Assembly: GCF_006345805.1 (NCBI RefSeq)
Contig: NC_043024.1
Location: 4,712,001-4,776,000 of the forward strand
Direction: 5' to 3'
Source of the DNA: Octopus sinensis
Lineage: Eukaryota
DNA: 64,000 bases
Within the stretch, counting starts at the first letter, position 1; each line of letters begins with the position of its first letter. The notes beneath the pieces were generated by a model that was not told the DNA's origin, did no database searches, and was given only the letters and a program-made list of their open reading frames with translations. Of this stretch, positions 26,274 to 39,243 are shown one piece after another. The position numbers and the translations under genes were made by a program.

Positions 26274-27563
26274 ATGTCGGAAGAAGTAAGAAAATCATCA
26301 TATGACTGTGAAGTCTGCAAAGAGTCATTCTTAGACGAAAGTAAATTCAATCAACACAAACAAACTCATACAGAGGAAGCACCATATCACTGTAATATCT
26401 GTGGTAAATCATTCTCTGTTGGCAGTAGCCTAACTCGACACAAACGTATTCATGCAGGCGACAAACCATATCGCTGTGATATCTGTGGTAAATCATTCTA
26501 TCAAGGAGGTAACTTAACTACGCACAAACGTATTCATACAGGTGAGAAACCCTATCACTGTGATATCTGTGGTAAATCATTCTCTCAAAGCGATAGCTTA
26601 ACCCAACACAAACGGGTTCATACAGGTGAGAAACCATATCACTGTGATATCTGTGGTAAATCATTCTCCAAGGGCAGTAGCTTAACTACGCACAAACGTA
26701 TTCATACAGGTGAGAAACCCTATCACTGTGATATCTGTGGTAAATCATTCTCTCAAAGCGATAGCTTAACTCAACACAAACGGGTTCATACAGGAGAGAA
26801 ACCATATCACTGTGATATCTGTGGTAAATCATTCTCTGAGAACAGTAGCTTAACTATACATAGACGTATTCATACAGGGAAGAAACCATATCACTGTGAT
26901 ACCTGTGGTAAATCATTCTATCATGAAGGTAACTTAACTACTCACAGACGGGTTCATGGAGGGGAGAAAACATATCACTGTGATATCTGTGGTAAATCAT
27001 TCTCTTATGGCAGTAGCTTAACTCGACACACGCGTATCCATACAAGTGAGAAACCCTATCACTGTGATATCTGTGGTAAATCATTCTCTCAAAGCGACAG
27101 CTTAACTCAACACAAACGGGTTCATACAGGAGAGAAACCATATCACTGTGATATCTGTGGTAAATCATTCTCTGAGAACAGTAGCTTAACTATACATAGA
27201 CGTATTCATACAGGGAAGAAACCATATCACTGTGATACCTGTGGTAAATCATTCTATCATGAAGGTAACTTAACTACTCACAGACGGGTTCATGGAGGGG
27301 AGAAAACATATCACTGTGATATCTGTGGTAAATCATTCTCTTATGGCAGTAGCTTAACTCGACACAAACGGGTTCATACAGGAGAGAAGCCATATCACTG
27401 TGATATCTGTGGTAAATCATTCTCTCATAGCGGTAGCTTAACTCAACACACACGTATCCATACAGGAGAGAAACCATATACTTGTGATATCTGTGGAAGA
27501 TCATTCTCTGAAAACAGCAGCTTAACTAAGCACAAGTGTATTCATACAGGGGCGGAACCATAA
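26274..27563 (+). CDS. C2H2 zinc-finger protein (gene F), 15 fingers
   Basis: 429-aa ORF, all fingers canonical, with internal 168-bp and 336-bp duplications. Stop is TAA where the KPY tyrosine codon would be. Confidence 0.9.
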   Translation: MSEEVRKSSYDCEVCKESFLDESKFNQHKQTHTEEAPYHCNICGKSFSVGSSLTRHKRIHAGDKPYRCDICGKSFYQGGNLTTHKRIHTGEKPYHCDICGKSFSQSDSLTQHKRVHTGEKPYHCDICGKSFSKGSSLTTHKRIHTGEKPYHCDICGKSFSQSDSLTQHKRVHTGEKPYHCDICGKSFSENSSLTIHRRIHTGKKPYHCDTCGKSFYHEGNLTTHRRVHGGEKTYHCDICGKSFSYGSSLTRHTRIHTSEKPYHCDICGKSFSQSDSLTQHKRVHTGEKPYHCDICGKSFSENSSLTIHRRIHTGKKPYHCDTCGKSFYHEGNLTTHRRVHGGEKTYHCDICGKSFSYGSSLTRHKRVHTGEKPYHCDICGKSFSHSGSLTQHTRIHTGEKPYTCDICGRSFSENSSLTKHKCIHTGAEP

Positions 27564-27638
27564 CCTTGTAATATCCGTGGTAAATCTTTCTCTGAAAGCA
27601 GCAGCTTAGCTCGACACAAACGTGTTCAAATAGGGTAG

Positions 27639-27773
<135 letters not shown>

Positions 27774-28454
27774 TGATTTAAACAGAAGTCTTTCCTTATG
27801 AAGTGGGTCCATAACACAGTGATATTTGTTGTACAACATTTCCTCAGAAGGACAAAGGACGTATGTCATAAAGACATCCACAGAATATAGAAACTATATG
27901 AATGTGACATCTATGGTAAATCTTTGACATGAAATCATCCATTATTGAATCAAAAGAGCATTGACAGGGGAAGGAAAACATATCACTGTGATGTTAAATC
28001 TGAATCATTCTTTCAAAATGGTGAATTAATTATACACAGTCCTGTTAATATGAAGAATATGCCATACCCTAAGATATCTGATAATGATCAATTATAACAT
28101 AAATGAATTCAAACAGAAGAGGAACCATATCACTACGATGATGATGATCCTCATCATTTAACATTCACTTTTACATTCTTCTATGGATCACATTGAATTC
28201 ATTGATACCTTCCCTGTTTCCAAGCAAGGAAATATGTTCCCTGGTGAGACATATTTTACACAGAAGACTGGAAATGAACAACTACAGAAGTATGACGGTC
28301 ATGATGGCCATTTATGAACACCACATAATATCTGGACAAGGGTGCACACACACACACACTTATGTATGTCTGAAGATTTTCTTATATCTTATATGTTTTC
28401 TACACATCTAATAGTTTGTAATTCCTATTAGGAAATGAAACACATGTAATGCTG

Positions 28455-28460
28455 AATAAA
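28455..28460 (+). terminator. Conserved poly(A) signal of the ZNF family (also 20425, 23123, 31292, 45235; minus strand 58651)
   Basis: AATAAA in the same context GTAATGCTGAATAAATAATATC at the end of each paralogous 3'UTR. Confidence 0.55.
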
Positions 28461-28585
28461 TAATATCAAACTTTTCTCTATTGTCCTTATGTGTTATGTA
28501 ATTACTCTGCAAGCAATATTATCCAAACCACACACAAAAATAATATACACACACACACATTATATATATATATATATATATATAT

Positions 28586-29100
28586 AAACGAGAAAGAAGC
28601 AACAAGAATGGATTGGTTTTTAGTACAATTGTTTCATACAAAGACAGGCTTTATTACAAGTTGCAAAAATTGCAGCAGATAAAAGTGTCCCGTACTCATC
28701 AGCTAAAATACATTTGAGTTCTCTAGACATCTTAGTGGGTGAGGTTATACTCATGAGATATTGGAGGTAGTTCCATTAGAGGCAGATATAGGTTGTAAAC
28801 AGTTTTCCAAAGTTCCTTAATGATGATGCACAGTCTTATCACAGATTTTTAAAAAAACTTATTAGTTTCGAAGAGATGAATCAATCCATAGTGTAGATTT
28901 AAATTTTCAGAGATATGAAGATGATGATGCACAGACTTATCACAGGTTATTAAAGACTTATTAGCTTCACAGAAAAGGTGAATTAATCCATAGTGAAGAT
29001 TTACATTTCCAGTGGTAAGATGAGGGATTTCATACTCACAGAATAACATGTAACAAAAACAATTTGCAAACATATTTACATTCCCATATAACAGTTAAAA
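28586..29100 (-). mobile_element. Penelope-like 3' remnant
   Basis: Hammerhead next to (TA)n at 28560-28585; ~100-bp internal duplication. No clear RT or GIY-YIG motif seen. Confidence 0.45.
28618..28708 (-). ncRNA. Type I hammerhead ribozyme (Penelope-like element type)
   Basis: Minus strand reads UUUUAG-CUGAUGA-[GUACGGGACA...UGUCUUUGUAU]-GAAA-CAAUUG-UA/CUAAAA. Helix I is 6 bp, helix II ~10 bp with a bulge, helix III is the palindrome ACAAUUGU, cleavage triplet GUA. Confidence 0.8.
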
Positions 29101-29264
29101 ACATCACCATTATTGTATTACGCATGCGTGGAAGTGTTTGTTTGACTAGGTGCTGCTGGCTTAATGACGCATGATACAAGTTAGAGAAGGGGTGTGTATT
29201 ATACACAAGGTTTAGGTGTTATGCTCAAGAATTTACAGTATATGTATATATATAGTAACCAGGT

Positions 29265-29580
29265 TTTTTGTGGTGAAAGTTGGTGTGCATCAGGGATGTG
29301 TGTTGTTTGCAATAGTGGTTGATGTGGAGAAGGAGAGTGCAAGAAAGAGACCGTAAATGGAGATACTGTATGCAGATGACTTGTTCTGATGAGAGAGAAG
29401 TTTTGGAAATGGAAGGAGGCCTTTGAAAGCAAGGGTTTGAAGGTAAACTTTGGGAAAACAAATGTGATAGTGAGTGGGGTGGAAGGAGAAGTGTTGGTGA
29501 GTAAGGTGGATCCATGTGGTGTCTGAGGGAGGAGGGTAATGGCAAATGCAGTGTTGTGTATGACATGTGATAACATTGGA
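29265..29580 (+). mobile_element. Degenerate RTE RT fragment
   Basis: Translates to KVGVHQG...ILYADDL...FESKGLKVNFGKT. Confidence 0.75.
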
Positions 29581-29732
29581 AAAATCCACATTTTTCATTA
29601 AAAAAATTAGGACCTGGGTTTGCACTCCCTTAGCAAATTTTGTTGCTGGGCCACTATTCATATGTGTAGGTAAAATCTGTAAAAGAAAACGAGATTTCAC
29701 ATGCACACATGAAGCTTGTAAGAACAAATATT

Positions 29733-30146
29733 GAATCCTTTCGGTTTGAACGGTAGTTTTTTCTAGTGGTGTCATGTGAAATTGTCACCCATAATTATGA
29801 CCCTAGTATCGATCTATTGCATTTTAATCTATTTTAGGGTTAGGGGTGGGAGGAAGGGTATCTTTTCTTCTTCAGAAATGTAAATAAACCCAATCTGTTT
29901 CTTAAACGAGGGACATATTCATACGGCACAGAATGTTTTTTTACCTCAATAGATGTCATTGATTGGTTGAAATTGCAGAAATTGAAGAAAAAAACTGAAC
30001 AAATATCTTACAAACTATAGAATTTTCTCAATAAAGCCAAGAGAAAAAGATGTTTTATAAACAGATTCTACCAGTATACGAAGTTTAAAAGTGTTTAGTT
30101 GCGTGGAAATTATTTTAAAAAACTGCCGTTCAAACCGAAAAGATCC
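29733..30146. mobile_element. Complete 414-bp MITE, ~29-bp TIR, 8-bp TSD (Merlin-like)
   Basis: TIR consensus GGATCTTTTCGGTTTGAACGGCAGTTTTT; CAAATATT at 29725-29732 and 30147-30154. Confidence 0.88.
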
Positions 30147-30289
30147 CAAATATTTAAGGCTTTTTTCACCAAGTTTAAAATACAACACACACACACAAGA
30201 AGCAGCACGCAGTTAACAAGACAACACATGCTCACGGAAACTAACAGAAAGTTGGTTTTATTGTCTCCTCAAAACGAATGATTACACAT

Positions 30290-31380
30290 TTTTTATGTTG
30301 ACCCGAAAAATACGAATTAATGTTTGTTGTAAGGAATAAGAAATCCTCTTGAAGCTCTCATTGTCCACTCTGACTTTAGTTCTAACCACTTCAACATATT
30401 CTCACATCTTCGTTGACTCTCTCTCTCTTCGCATATGCATTACTATGTAAGTATTATATTTATATAAACATTTCTATTGTATATGTGTCATATATATATT
30501 TCTTTACTACCAAGAAGGGGCTAAACATAGAGGGGAAAAATAAGACAGACAAACGGATAAAGTCGATTACACCGACTCCAGTGCGTAACTGGTATTTAAT
30601 TTATCGACCCAGAAAGGATGAAAGGCAAAGTCGACCGCGGCGGAATTTGAACCCAGAACATACATCTATGGTAAATCTTTGACATTAAATCATCCATTAT
30701 TGAATCAAAAGAGTATTGACAGAGGAAGGAAAACATATCACCGTGATGTTAAACCTGAATCATTCTTTCAAAATGGTGAATTGTTTGTACACAGTCCTAT
30801 TAATATGAAAGATATAACTGTAACCTAAGCTATTTGTGCTAAATCAATCTATGAAAATGATCAATTATTGAAATGTAAATGCATTGATACAGAAGAGGAA
30901 CCACGATGATGATGATCCTCATCATTTAAAATTCTCCTATTCATGCTTCTGTGGATCAGATGGAATTCATTGATGCAGACTTTCTACATCTGGGTACCTT
31001 TCTTGTGACCAATTCTCACCTGTTTCCAAGCAAGGAGATATTTTCCCTGGTGAGACATATTTTACACAGAGGACTGGAAATGAACAACTGCACAAGTATT
31101 ACGGTCATGATGGCCCTTTACGAACATCACATAATATCTGGACAAGGGTACACATCCACACACACACACACACACACTCACATAAACTGTTGTATGTCTG
31201 AAGAATTTCTCATGGGAAATATATGTTACATGTTTTCTACACATGTAAAAGTTTATAATTCCTATTAGGAAATGAAACACATGTAATGCTGAATAAATAA
31301 TATCAAACTTTTCTCCGGTTTCCTTGTGATTCGTAATTACCTTGCAAAAAATATTATCCAAACCTCCCACAAAAATAATG
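30290..31380 (+). pseudogene. CDS-less ZNF gene remnant (exon 1 + donor, SINE, then 3'UTR)
   Basis: Family exon 1 and GTAAGT at 30447, SINE at 30501-30659, decayed-finger 3'UTR from 30660, AATAAA at 31292. Confidence 0.7.
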
Positions 31381-32439
31381 TACGTGTATATATGTAATCA
31401 CAAGCTTGTTTGTTCAACTGGTGTATTTATGTTAGAGTAGTGGGGTGAGGGGGAGGGAAAAGTAAAGGAAGGTGGTCTTATAATAACTCTGCTTGTCATT
31501 ACGTTACTTAGGTCGTCAGTAACACTTTCATGTGATTGGAGAGAAAGGATAAGGCCATGAGTGGGACGGGAAGAGAGAGAAGCGTGCATGACATGATAGG
31601 GGGACATATTTAGTTTGCAGGTTGTGATATAGAGGAGAGTTAGAAATATAATTTTAGAAGGTGGGTGATGTTCTGATGGAGAGATTAAAGAAAGGTAGAG
31701 AGAGACAAATGATGGTGAATACAGAGTGAAAAGTAATATTGTTTTTTTACTTGAACTAAGTTTTTTTATAACACCTACAAATTGAAATGTGTATTGGCTC
31801 TCTGACCCATCACCTTGGCTTACAAGTTACCACTGATGTGGTTTTCAGAGTAAGCCATGTTACATTAAATTCTGACCCTATATTTTACATATAAAGTAAT
31901 TTTTTTAGTATACACTTCTCGTGTTCTAGATAAGAAATTGTGCCCAAGTAAATTTTAAAATGTAATTTTTTTCTGTTTATGAGAAAGCTGGAAAAATATG
32001 AGCGAATATTTATTTTATGAGTGCTGTGTCTATAAAATTGTGCATAAAGTGTATTAAGTAATTACCGTATTCCAATTTCCTTCAGTTTTCAGTGAATAGC
32101 AGATGAGCGACTATCTTTTGATGCAGACACAATACAGGCTCCACTTTAGAGTGTTTTGGTATCAGGAATAACCCAATCCATTGCCTCACTAGACACCGAG
32201 GCCATGACTAGTGACCGGGACCTTTTGTTTTTGGATAATGGATAAACAGCTGAAAGATTATATAAATATATATTTATAAAATTAAAGACTTAAATCTGTA
32301 CAAGATGCAAAGCAAAAAGAAAAGAATTCAATTAAGAATGCATCTGATGAAAGAATATTGGTTTAAAAAACATACGACATAAAAATGATAACAATGAAGA
32401 CTATAAGGAATATGAGGGAGATAGGGTGAATCCTTTCTT

Positions 32440-32830
32440 TTTGACAATGGCTGAGCATTGTCTTGTTGGAAGACTAATGCTTTTCTGTTGGTAATCTCCA
32501 GCCGCAGTTCTTTGATATATTTTGGTTCAAATTAGCCAGTTGATGACAGAACACATCAGAATTAATGGTCTGGTTTTATGGGAGAAGGTCATAATAAACA
32601 ATGCCTTTATGATCCCACCAAACACAAAGCACAGGTGTGTTGCCATGGATATTCATCTTTGGTTGCTTGGGGGATATTTCTTCAAACTCTAGAATCAGTT
32701 TTGCACAACATTAAGCATGCAATCCATTTTTCAACTCCAGTCACAAGTCGTTTCCAAAAAAGGGCATGCTTTCTTTCCATTTCAAAAGCATATCCCAAAT
32801 GGAATACTGGTCCCAGCAATTCTTTTCTGA
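32440..32830 (-). mobile_element. Mariner catalytic-domain remnant (duplicated at ~46030-46420)
   Basis: Minus-strand translation gives KRLVTGVEKWI and LCVWWDHKGIVYYDLLP, followed by a frameshifted QQDNA. Confidence 0.8.
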
Positions 32831-33504
32831 ATGTTTCAAGCACCTATATATTAAAGCAAAGAATAAGATAGAAAGAGGGACAGAGAGAAGCGTACATGAC
32901 ATGTGATAGGGGGAACATAATATTTATTACATGGTTAAAAAAGTTAGTCGAAGTTGATGATATAGAGAAGTTAGCAATATAATTTTAGCAGAGTGGTGAT
33001 GTTCTGATGGTGAGATTTGAGGCACAAAGAGAGAGAGAGAGAGAGATGATGGTTGTGGTGGAGGAAATGGTGATGGACAGTGCATAGTTAAAAGTAATTT
33101 GAATTTTAATTGAACAAAGGTTTTTATATCACGTATTTGCAGAATCGTATAAATTACCGGGTAAAAAGTACAAAATCACAATAATTTGATATTTCTCCCC
33201 ACTTTTTTTACATGAACAAAATGACAGCTTCCAAATATTGTTTTCTAAATGGGTAAGAATGATTAAACTTTAAACCACAGTAACTTTTTAAAAAATTCTT
33301 TTGTGTAAGAAGCAAATTAACTGATGGAATTCAGCGTGGAATATTATAGGAATACCTCAAATACTGAAATTTTCACTACACTCGAACATTTCCACACGTG
33401 GCCGCAAAACGGAAAAGGGTTGGTGATAATAACAATAATAGTGATGAAGCCGAATATTGAAGAAATCTTTTTCACAAAATACCAAATCTATAAAGTAGAG
33501 CCGC

Positions 33505-36500
33505 GTTGTGCGTGGAATGCGTCCCCGCTTTTGGCACTATTTTATAAGTATTACTACGCTGTGTCTAAAGTATAGAGGTGTCGCTGCGCTGAATGTAGTC
33601 CAGTTCGTGTAACATGAAAAAGTAAGTAAACACGTAAAAGAATAACAATGGCTTCATATTGGTTGTCTATCCCATTAGAACGAAACTACACATAACATGG
33701 TGGCAGCAGTAAATAATTAATCGGAAACTGTGCCTTTACAACAAAACAGAAAGACAACGAACCAGAAATTAACAAACAAAACATCGCTTCGTCTTCGGAC
33801 ACACATACACGAGGATCCAAAATGGCGACCCCCGTCACCGTACAGATGAATCTACATCCGATCATGAACTGGGACTCCGATGATATCGTGGAAGCGTCTA
33901 AGAAATTCAAAACTCAACTAGCTTTCGAAAGTTTCCTGAAAGGCAAGACTGAAGATGAAAATGTAAGCCACATCCTTTTATGGACGGCAGAAAAAGGTCT
34001 AGACCTATTCAATAGCTGGGACATGTCAGAATCGTATTGCAATAACCCAGACACACTTTTAGAGAAATTTGAAAGGCACCTAGAGCCCAGATAGAACCAT
34101 AGAATTCACAGATACAAATTCCAGGGCCTGAAACAAGACCCACAAGAAAAGATTGACAATTTCCTGTGCAGACTAAAGAATGTTGCCGAAAAATGCAAAT
34201 TCAAAGATAAGGACGAAAGAATTGTTGATCAATTAATATGGGGGTGTGCTCATAAAGAAGTTCAGAAATCCCTCATAGGTAAGGACGCTCTCCAGTTGAT
34301 AGAAGCAGTAGACACTGCAAGACCATTCGAAGCCACTACCAAACAAATGGCCTCACTTACCTTACAAACAAGCTCACTTGGCAGCAGTGTAGATATTGTA
34401 TCTAGGCACAGGACGAAACATACCTGCAAACAAAGAACATGCCAGTACTGTGGTACAGAGCATGAGTTCGACAACCGGAAGAAATGTCCTGCATTCGGTA
34501 CACACTGCAAAGCATGTGGTAAACCTAACCACTGGGAAAAAATGTGTAGGTTGGCAAAATCCCAGAAATACAAGCCCCAATTTTCAAAGAGAAGACAAAG
34601 AGATATACATGCACAACTACAGGAACAAAACACCTCAGAGGAGGAATTCTTGGCAGTCGGCACAATAAATGTGCATGAGATGGGGAATGACGACCAGAAA
34701 AAAAATGAGGCATACACAACAATAAGAATACAAAAGAAGTCTGGCAAGAAACGAATAAACATTGACTTAAGGCTGAAGATTGACACTGGAGCCCAGAGTG
34801 ATATCTTGCCTGTCAACCTCTACAAAAAGATGTTCCCAGAACACATCACAAGAGGATAAAGTCAAAGAAGGAATCCTCACACCAAGTGATGTAATCCTCA
34901 CTGCGTACGGAGGTACCAGGATTCCACAACTGGGCAAAACAACAATCACAGGGACACACAAAGGAAAAACAATCAATTCTTGGACTCAATACCTGCAAAA
35001 AGCTAAATATTGTGTCAATCAATGGTGAAGTGAAGGCAACTCCGAGCAGGATTGACAGAGATATGCCTATCAAAGACCGACCACCATTAACAAACAAAGA
35101 GGAACTGATAAGCATGTACCCTGAATGCTTTGACGATACAGTCGGGTGCTTTGTGAAATGTCGATACCATATAACAGTCAACCCCAATATCAAACCAATT
35201 GTTCACCCACCTCGCCGCGTCCCTCTAGAACTAAATGAGAAGCTGAAGACAGAGTTGGACAGAATGGAAGAAAAAAAGAAATAATCACCAAAGTGACACA
35301 ACCAACAGACAGGGTGAATTCAATTGTAATCAAAGAAAAACCCAATGGTACCCTACGGATATGCCTTGACCCAAGGGACCTGAACAAGGCATTAAAAAGA
35401 GAGTACCATCCAATTCCAACCCTTGAAGAAATCACACCATCATTGGCTGGGTCCAAATTATTCAGCAAACTGGATGCCAGCAATGGGTACTGGAATGTAA
35501 AGATAGACAAAGTCATCCATGCTCACTACCTTCAACACACCATTTGGCAGATATCGATTCAACCGACTCCCATTTCGATTGAAGGTGAGCCAAGATGTTT
35601 TCCAGCGCCAAATAGATGAGACCTACCAAGGCTGCAAGGGAGCAATTGGAATAGCAGATGACATCCAAGTGAATGGCAAGGATGAGACCACACACGACTT
35701 CAGTTTACATGAAGCTATGGAGAAAACCCGACAAGCAGGCATCAAACTCAATGCAGACAAGTGTGTGATAAAAGAAAAGGAGTGCAAATTCTTTGGAATT
35801 ATATACTCTGCAGAGGGAGTTAAACCAGACCCCGCTAAAGTGGAAGCCATCAGAGACATTAAAGAACCTAAAGACAAGAAGGAACTCAAGAGCTTCCTGG
35901 GACTCATTCACTACATGGGAGCCTTCATACCCAAGTTGGCCGATCACACTGCAAATCTCCGAGAACTAAACAAAGATGACGTAGAGTTTGATTGGTGTGC
36001 TTCACACACACAGGATTTCAAAGGAATCAAAAAGCTCATCAGTAAAGAGGCAACTCTGCAATACTATGACAGACGCAAACCAGTAACACTCCAAGTCGAT
36101 GCTTCTATGAGAGGAGTTGGTGCAGCACTGATACAGGAAGGTAAACCCATTGCATATGCCTCGAAAGCTCTCTCACCCACAGAGACAAGGTACGCACATA
36201 TTGAAAGGGAACTCCTGGCAGTAGTATATGGATGTGAAAAGTTCCATACATACCTGTATGGCAGACATTTCAATAGTGAAACAGACCATCGCCCGCTAGA
36301 ACAAATACATAGAAAAAACCTGACGAAAGCACCAGCCAGACTGCAAAGATTACTGTTAAGGCTTCAAACATACGACTATGATATCAGGTACAAGCCAGGA
36401 AAAGACCTGATATTGGCGGATGCTCTTTCCAGACTATCCTCACATGATAAACAGGAGATGTAAGGACAAAGCATAAAGGTCCACCACATTATAAATGTAA

Positions 36501-37118
36501 CAACCACCCATCAGCAGACAACGAGTACAACACCTGCTGCATCAGTGACAACACCCACAGAATCATCATCCCAATGGGCACCAACCACCCATCAGCAGCC
36601 CAACAACACACTTCAGATACCGGTGCGAAGCACAAGATCCACCAGATGTAGAAAGAACATCCTGCCACCGGTTCGATACCGTTAAAGAAAAAATATTTTC
36701 TCTTTTTATTCATGATAAAGTTTTTTCAAAACAAAAAAAAATTAAATGAAAAGATAAATAACTAATTCTGCTCGATTACAAAGCAGAGGCAGAATAATCT
36801 CACGGTTTCTGCTGCAGGAGTGCCACCTCACGCTGACAGTCCATTATATTTGTCCTCACTGCCAAAAGACCCCTTTTTTTTTACAAGAAGGGATGTTACA
36901 CATTCATATCTATGCGTGGGCGTGCGTGTGTGAAATACGTCCCCGCTTTTGGCACTATTTTATATTTGTATTACTACGCTGCGTCTAAAGTTACAGAGGT
37001 GTCGCTGCGCTGAATGTAGTCCAGTCCTTGTAACATGAAAAAGTAAATAAACACGTAAAAGAATAACTATGCTTCGTATTGAGTTGTTTATCCCATTAGA
37101 ACGAAACTACACATAACA
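33505..37118 (+). mobile_element. Ty3/Gypsy LTR retrotransposon, decayed, integrase deleted
   Basis: 5' LTR remnant 33505-33697, PBS TGGTGGCAGCAG at 33698. Gag CKACGKPNHWEKMC, protease DTG, RT IADD, RNase H DAS/ERE/TDH. PPT AAGAAGGGA, then 3' LTR TG...CA at 36894-37118. Confidence 0.92.
35519..36463 (+). pseudogene. Gypsy RT-RNase H fragment
   Basis: 314-aa ORF with TFNTPFGRYRFNRLPF, IADD and ERELLAVV motifs; frameshifted relative to upstream pol pieces. Confidence 0.9.
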
Positions 37119-38164
37119 GTGATGAAGCCAAATATTGAAGAAATCTCTTTCACAAAATACCAAATCTATTAAAGTACAGCCGCAATTCTTTAAAGACTGG
37201 AGGTAGTTCATTGTCAAAACTCTTCCTAATTAAGTGTATTTCTTGTTCTTGTTTCTCACGCATCTTGATTGTTTGATCAGTTCCACTTGACAACTGATAT
37301 TTAAGAGAAAACCCAATCAAATATATACAAATGATTGGTAATTAACTGTCTAAAGAAACAGATACAGCATTTACGATTATGTGGACCTGAAAAATATTAA
37401 TTAACGTTTGTTGTAGAAACCTAGAAATTCTCTTGAAGCTGTCGTTGTCCACTCTGACTCCAGTTCTCACATCTTCCTCCTTCACTCTTTCTCTCCATAC
37501 CTATTACTATGTAAGTATTTATTTAAACATTTCTATTATATATGTGTCGTATTATGTACATTTATTTGTTTCGATGTGTTGAGAAAGTTAAAAGAAAAAA
37601 AATCTCACTAAGACGAAATTATACGAAAGGCTGTAATTTTAATACTTTCATTGTGTTGTCGTTTTCTTTTAGACATTTCATTGCACTTTTGGTTATTTTC
37701 AAAATTATTTGTAAAAACGTCGGATCAATCCCTTGTTTAGATAACATTTATCTTTCTTTCTAACGTGTAAATTCGACAATTTCGTTAAATGCGGGAAAAT
37801 TACGATGTAATTAGTAAGAAATGGGAAATGTATAAAAATACGAGTGTGCACTTGAAATACTGAAACGAAAAGCAAATATCGTAACGAGAGGAAATGGAAC
37901 GGCTTCTATTTGAGACATAGGAAGTCTTTATTTCCGGTGGTTCTTCTGCATCATTAAAAGTTAGAATTAATATATTTTTCTAATTTATTTAATTTTTGTG
38001 TGTGTGGAGTGTTGCTTTAAGCACCAAATATAATCCCTCGTCACATATTTTTATTTGGGGGAATTTTCAGAAATTTTTGCGTACGAGAATTCGTTCGGTC
38101 ATGCAACCAAAAAAAGAAAAAAATCAACTGTGATTTATGAGCTATTTAGCTGTTATTTTTCGCA

Positions 38165-38927
38165 GGCGAAGTTTCGCATGTCGTAGCACAGATTTCCGTC
38201 GATTTCCGTAAAAAACTTTTATTTTTTTACATAAGTAATGAGAGCGAAAGAGACTAAGAGGAAGCGATTTTATGACGAGAAGGTTTCTCTTTGAAATCGG
38301 CCTGTGTGTTTGATGGGGTGTGGGAGACAGACAGTATGTTGTGTAAGTGAAGTGCTTCTGTTAGTGTGTGCGAAGAGACAGAGAGAGTAATGTGTGAAAG
38401 AGAGAGATAACTGATTTTTTACTCGGTGTATGTGTGTATGCATGTATGTGTATATGTATGTATGCATGTATGTGTATATGTATGTATGCATGTATCTATG
38501 TATGTGTGTGTGTGTATGTATGTATGTATGTATGGCCGATTCATCGTAATTTTTTACTCGGTGTATGTGTATATGTATGTCTGCATGTATGTGTGTGTGT
38601 GTATGTATCTATGTGTGTGTGTGTGTGTAAGTATGTGTGTGTGTATGTATGTGTGTGTGTGTATGTATCTATGTGTGTGTGTGTATGTATGTATGTATGT
38701 ACTCGGTGTATGTGTATATTATGTCTGTCTCTTCGCACACACTAACAGAAGCACTTCACTTACACACATACTGTCTGTCTCCCACACCCCATCAAACACA
38801 CACGGCCGACTTCAAAGTGAAACCTTCTCGTCGTAAAATCGCTTCCTCTTAGCCCTTTCGCTCTCATTACTTTATTCAAAAATAAAATTTTTTACGGAAA
38901 TCTGTGCTACTCAACCGAAACTATGCC
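38165..38927. mobile_element. 763-bp foldback element, ~215-bp TIRs, 8-bp TSD
   Basis: GGC...GCC ends; TTTTCGCA at 38157-38164 and 38928-38935; empty site in the paralog at ~7660. Confidence 0.9.
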
Positions 38928-39243
38928 TTTTCGCACATCTCACGACCAGTATGGTAATAATTCTCTACTTAAGTTCCTCTGGGCTTGCAGGAAGAGGGGA
39001 GACATAGACTAGGCCCTCCCTGAGCAAGAAATGGCAAGGTGTCATTGCCTTCTTCAGGACACGCCAAACTCTTTGGAGGAATCTGGCTTTCATTCTCCAC
39101 ATCAACCAATAATTTTTCCTACATTAAAATTTCCCCACTAAGGATTTTGATGCTGTTAGCGAGACATCAATATTATTTACTGACATTTATTCATCTTTTA
39201 TGCTCACCAAAATATTAACATTGAACTAACCGTATATATATCA

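Noticed and set aside
29385-29415. CTGATGA...GAAA motif (similar one at ~51490-51535, minus)
   Set aside because: No helix II or helix I pairing; the first lies within RT coding remnant.
38270-38852. Cys/Val/Tyr/Met-rich ORFs
   Set aside because: Translations of (TG)/(TATG) microsatellites inside a foldback element.
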